Of a stretch of DNA of 64,000 nucleotides, positions 63,310 to 64,000 are shown in pieces; position 1 is the stretch's first letter, and each line of letters starts with the position of its first letter. Source of the stretch: the human T2T-CHM13v2.0 reference genome, Homo sapiens; assembly GCF_009914755.1 (NCBI RefSeq), contig NC_060928.1; one strand, 5' to 3'. The notes beneath the pieces were generated by a model. It did not search any database and was not told the origin of the DNA. It saw only the letters and a list, made by a program, of their open reading frames with translations. The position numbers were made by a program, and so were the translations under genes.

Positions 63310-64000
63310 CTTTGATATTTTATGTACAGTATATAATACATACTTTCGGTACTTTGATATTTTATGTACAGTATATAATATATAGTTTGGGTACTTTGAT
63401 AATTTATGTACAGTGTATAACACATACTTTGGGTACTTTGATATTTTATGTACAGTATATAATACATACTTTGGGTACTTTGATATTTTATATACAGTAT
63501 ATAATACATACTTTGGGTACTTTCATATTTCATGTACAGTTTATAATATATAGTTTGGGTACTTTGGTATATTATGTACTGTATATAATACATACTTTGG
63601 GTACTTTGATATTTTATGTACAGTATATAATACATACTTTGGGTACTTTGATATTTTATGTACAGTATACAATATATACTTTGACTACTTTGATATTTTA
63701 TGTCCAGTATAGAATATATAGTTTTGGTAGTTTGATATTTTATGTACAGTATATAGTTTGAGTACATTGATATTTTATGTACACTTTATTATAAATGTTT
63801 GAATACTTTCATATTTTATGTACAGTATATAATACATACTTTGGGCACTTTGATATTTTATGTACAGTATACAATACATACTTTGGGTACTTTGATATTT
63901 TATGTACAGTATATAATACATAATTTGGGTACTTTGATATTTTATGTACTGTATATAATGCATACTTTGGGTACTTTGATGTTTTATGTACAGTATATAA
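63310..64000 (+). repeat. Paralogue of ~59250-60070, also related to ~7880-8900
   Basis: Shared variants TTTCATGTACAGTTTATAA, CTTTGGTATATTATGTACTG, TTTGACTACTTTG, CCAGTATAGAAT and GAGTACATTGA. ORF ends 59834/63761 give an offset of 3927. Confidence 0.75.

Larger units (their letters stand above)
1..64000. repeat. Satellite I / HSat1A (SAR) 42-bp tandem satellite array, about 1,500 monomers, head-to-tail, same orientation throughout and running off both window ends
   Basis: Continuous repeat of TTTGGGTACTTTGATATTTTATGTACAGTATATAATACATAC (42 bp; 19T/13A/6G/4C). GT^AC sites cut after monomer positions 7 and 24, giving the 17+25 bp subunits classically described for human Satellite I. The reverse complement reads ACATAAAATATCAAAGTACCCAAAGTATGTATTATATACTGT. 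Species (human versus another ape) and chromosome cannot be determined from the window. Confidence 0.96.

Noticed and set aside
4-63963. Hundreds of ORFs (60-381 aa) in the six-frame track as protein-coding genes
   Set aside because: 42 bp equals 14 codons and the consensus lacks stops in four frames. The ORFs overlap on both strands, often start at TTG, are broken by junction frameshifts, and show no domain or visible synonymous-site bias.
1-64000. CRISPR-like repeat/spacer array (conserved GGTACTTTGATATTTTATGTACAG alternating with a more variable segment)
   Set aside because: The intervening segments are point variants of one sequence rather than unique spacers, and there is no leader or cas gene.
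1-64000. HSat1B/DYZ2, alpha satellite, HSat2/3 or telomeric repeat
   Set aside because: No Alu-derived ~2.4-kb unit, no 171-bp monomer or CENP-B box, and no CATTC pentamers. TTAGGG occurs only as an isolated point variant (CTTAGGGTAC).
1-64000. Transposable-element insertion, inversion or embedded non-satellite sequence
   Set aside because: The T-rich strand phase continues in every line I read. I saw no poly(A) tail, target-site duplication, GC-rich segment or strand switch, although a very short insertion could have been missed.
1-64000. Regular 378-bp (9-mer) higher-order repeat
   Set aside because: A 378-bp offset is seen only locally (~6236-6715). Junction spacings span 6-42 monomers.
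1-64000. G-quadruplex potential from the repeated GGG
   Set aside because: G-triplets are separated by 39-nt AT-rich loops, too long for a canonical G4.

Overview
The whole 64 kb window is one uninterrupted, single-orientation tandem array of an AT-rich (~76% A+T in consensus) 42-bp satellite, consensus TTTGGGTACTTTGATATTTTATGTACAGTATATAATACATAC. Two RsaI sites (GTAC) per unit give alternating 17- and 25-bp fragments, the signature of hominid Satellite I / HSat1A (RepeatMasker 'SAR'). I found no genes, RNA genes, transposon insertions or inversions. All listed ORFs are by-products of a 14-codon repeat. The array has three hidden levels of structure. (1) About 85 modules of 6-42 monomers, almost all 42n-8 bp long, each closed by the same junction cassette containing a 35-bp and a 41-bp monomer. 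(2) A small alphabet of recognisable module types that are reshuffled. (3) Recent, in-register, near-identical tandem duplications (1992, 6276, 5704, ~1660 and ~1200 bp) concentrated in a homogeneous core (~24-58 kb) between more heterogeneous flanks that resemble each other. The consensus monomer also carries a TCF/LEF core site (CTTTGAT) repeated every four helical turns and, on the minus strand, a perfect Pumilio element (UGUACAUA). Both are offered as testable hypotheses, not demonstrated functions. Counts and boundaries were read by eye and from ORF-track offsets and are approximate.
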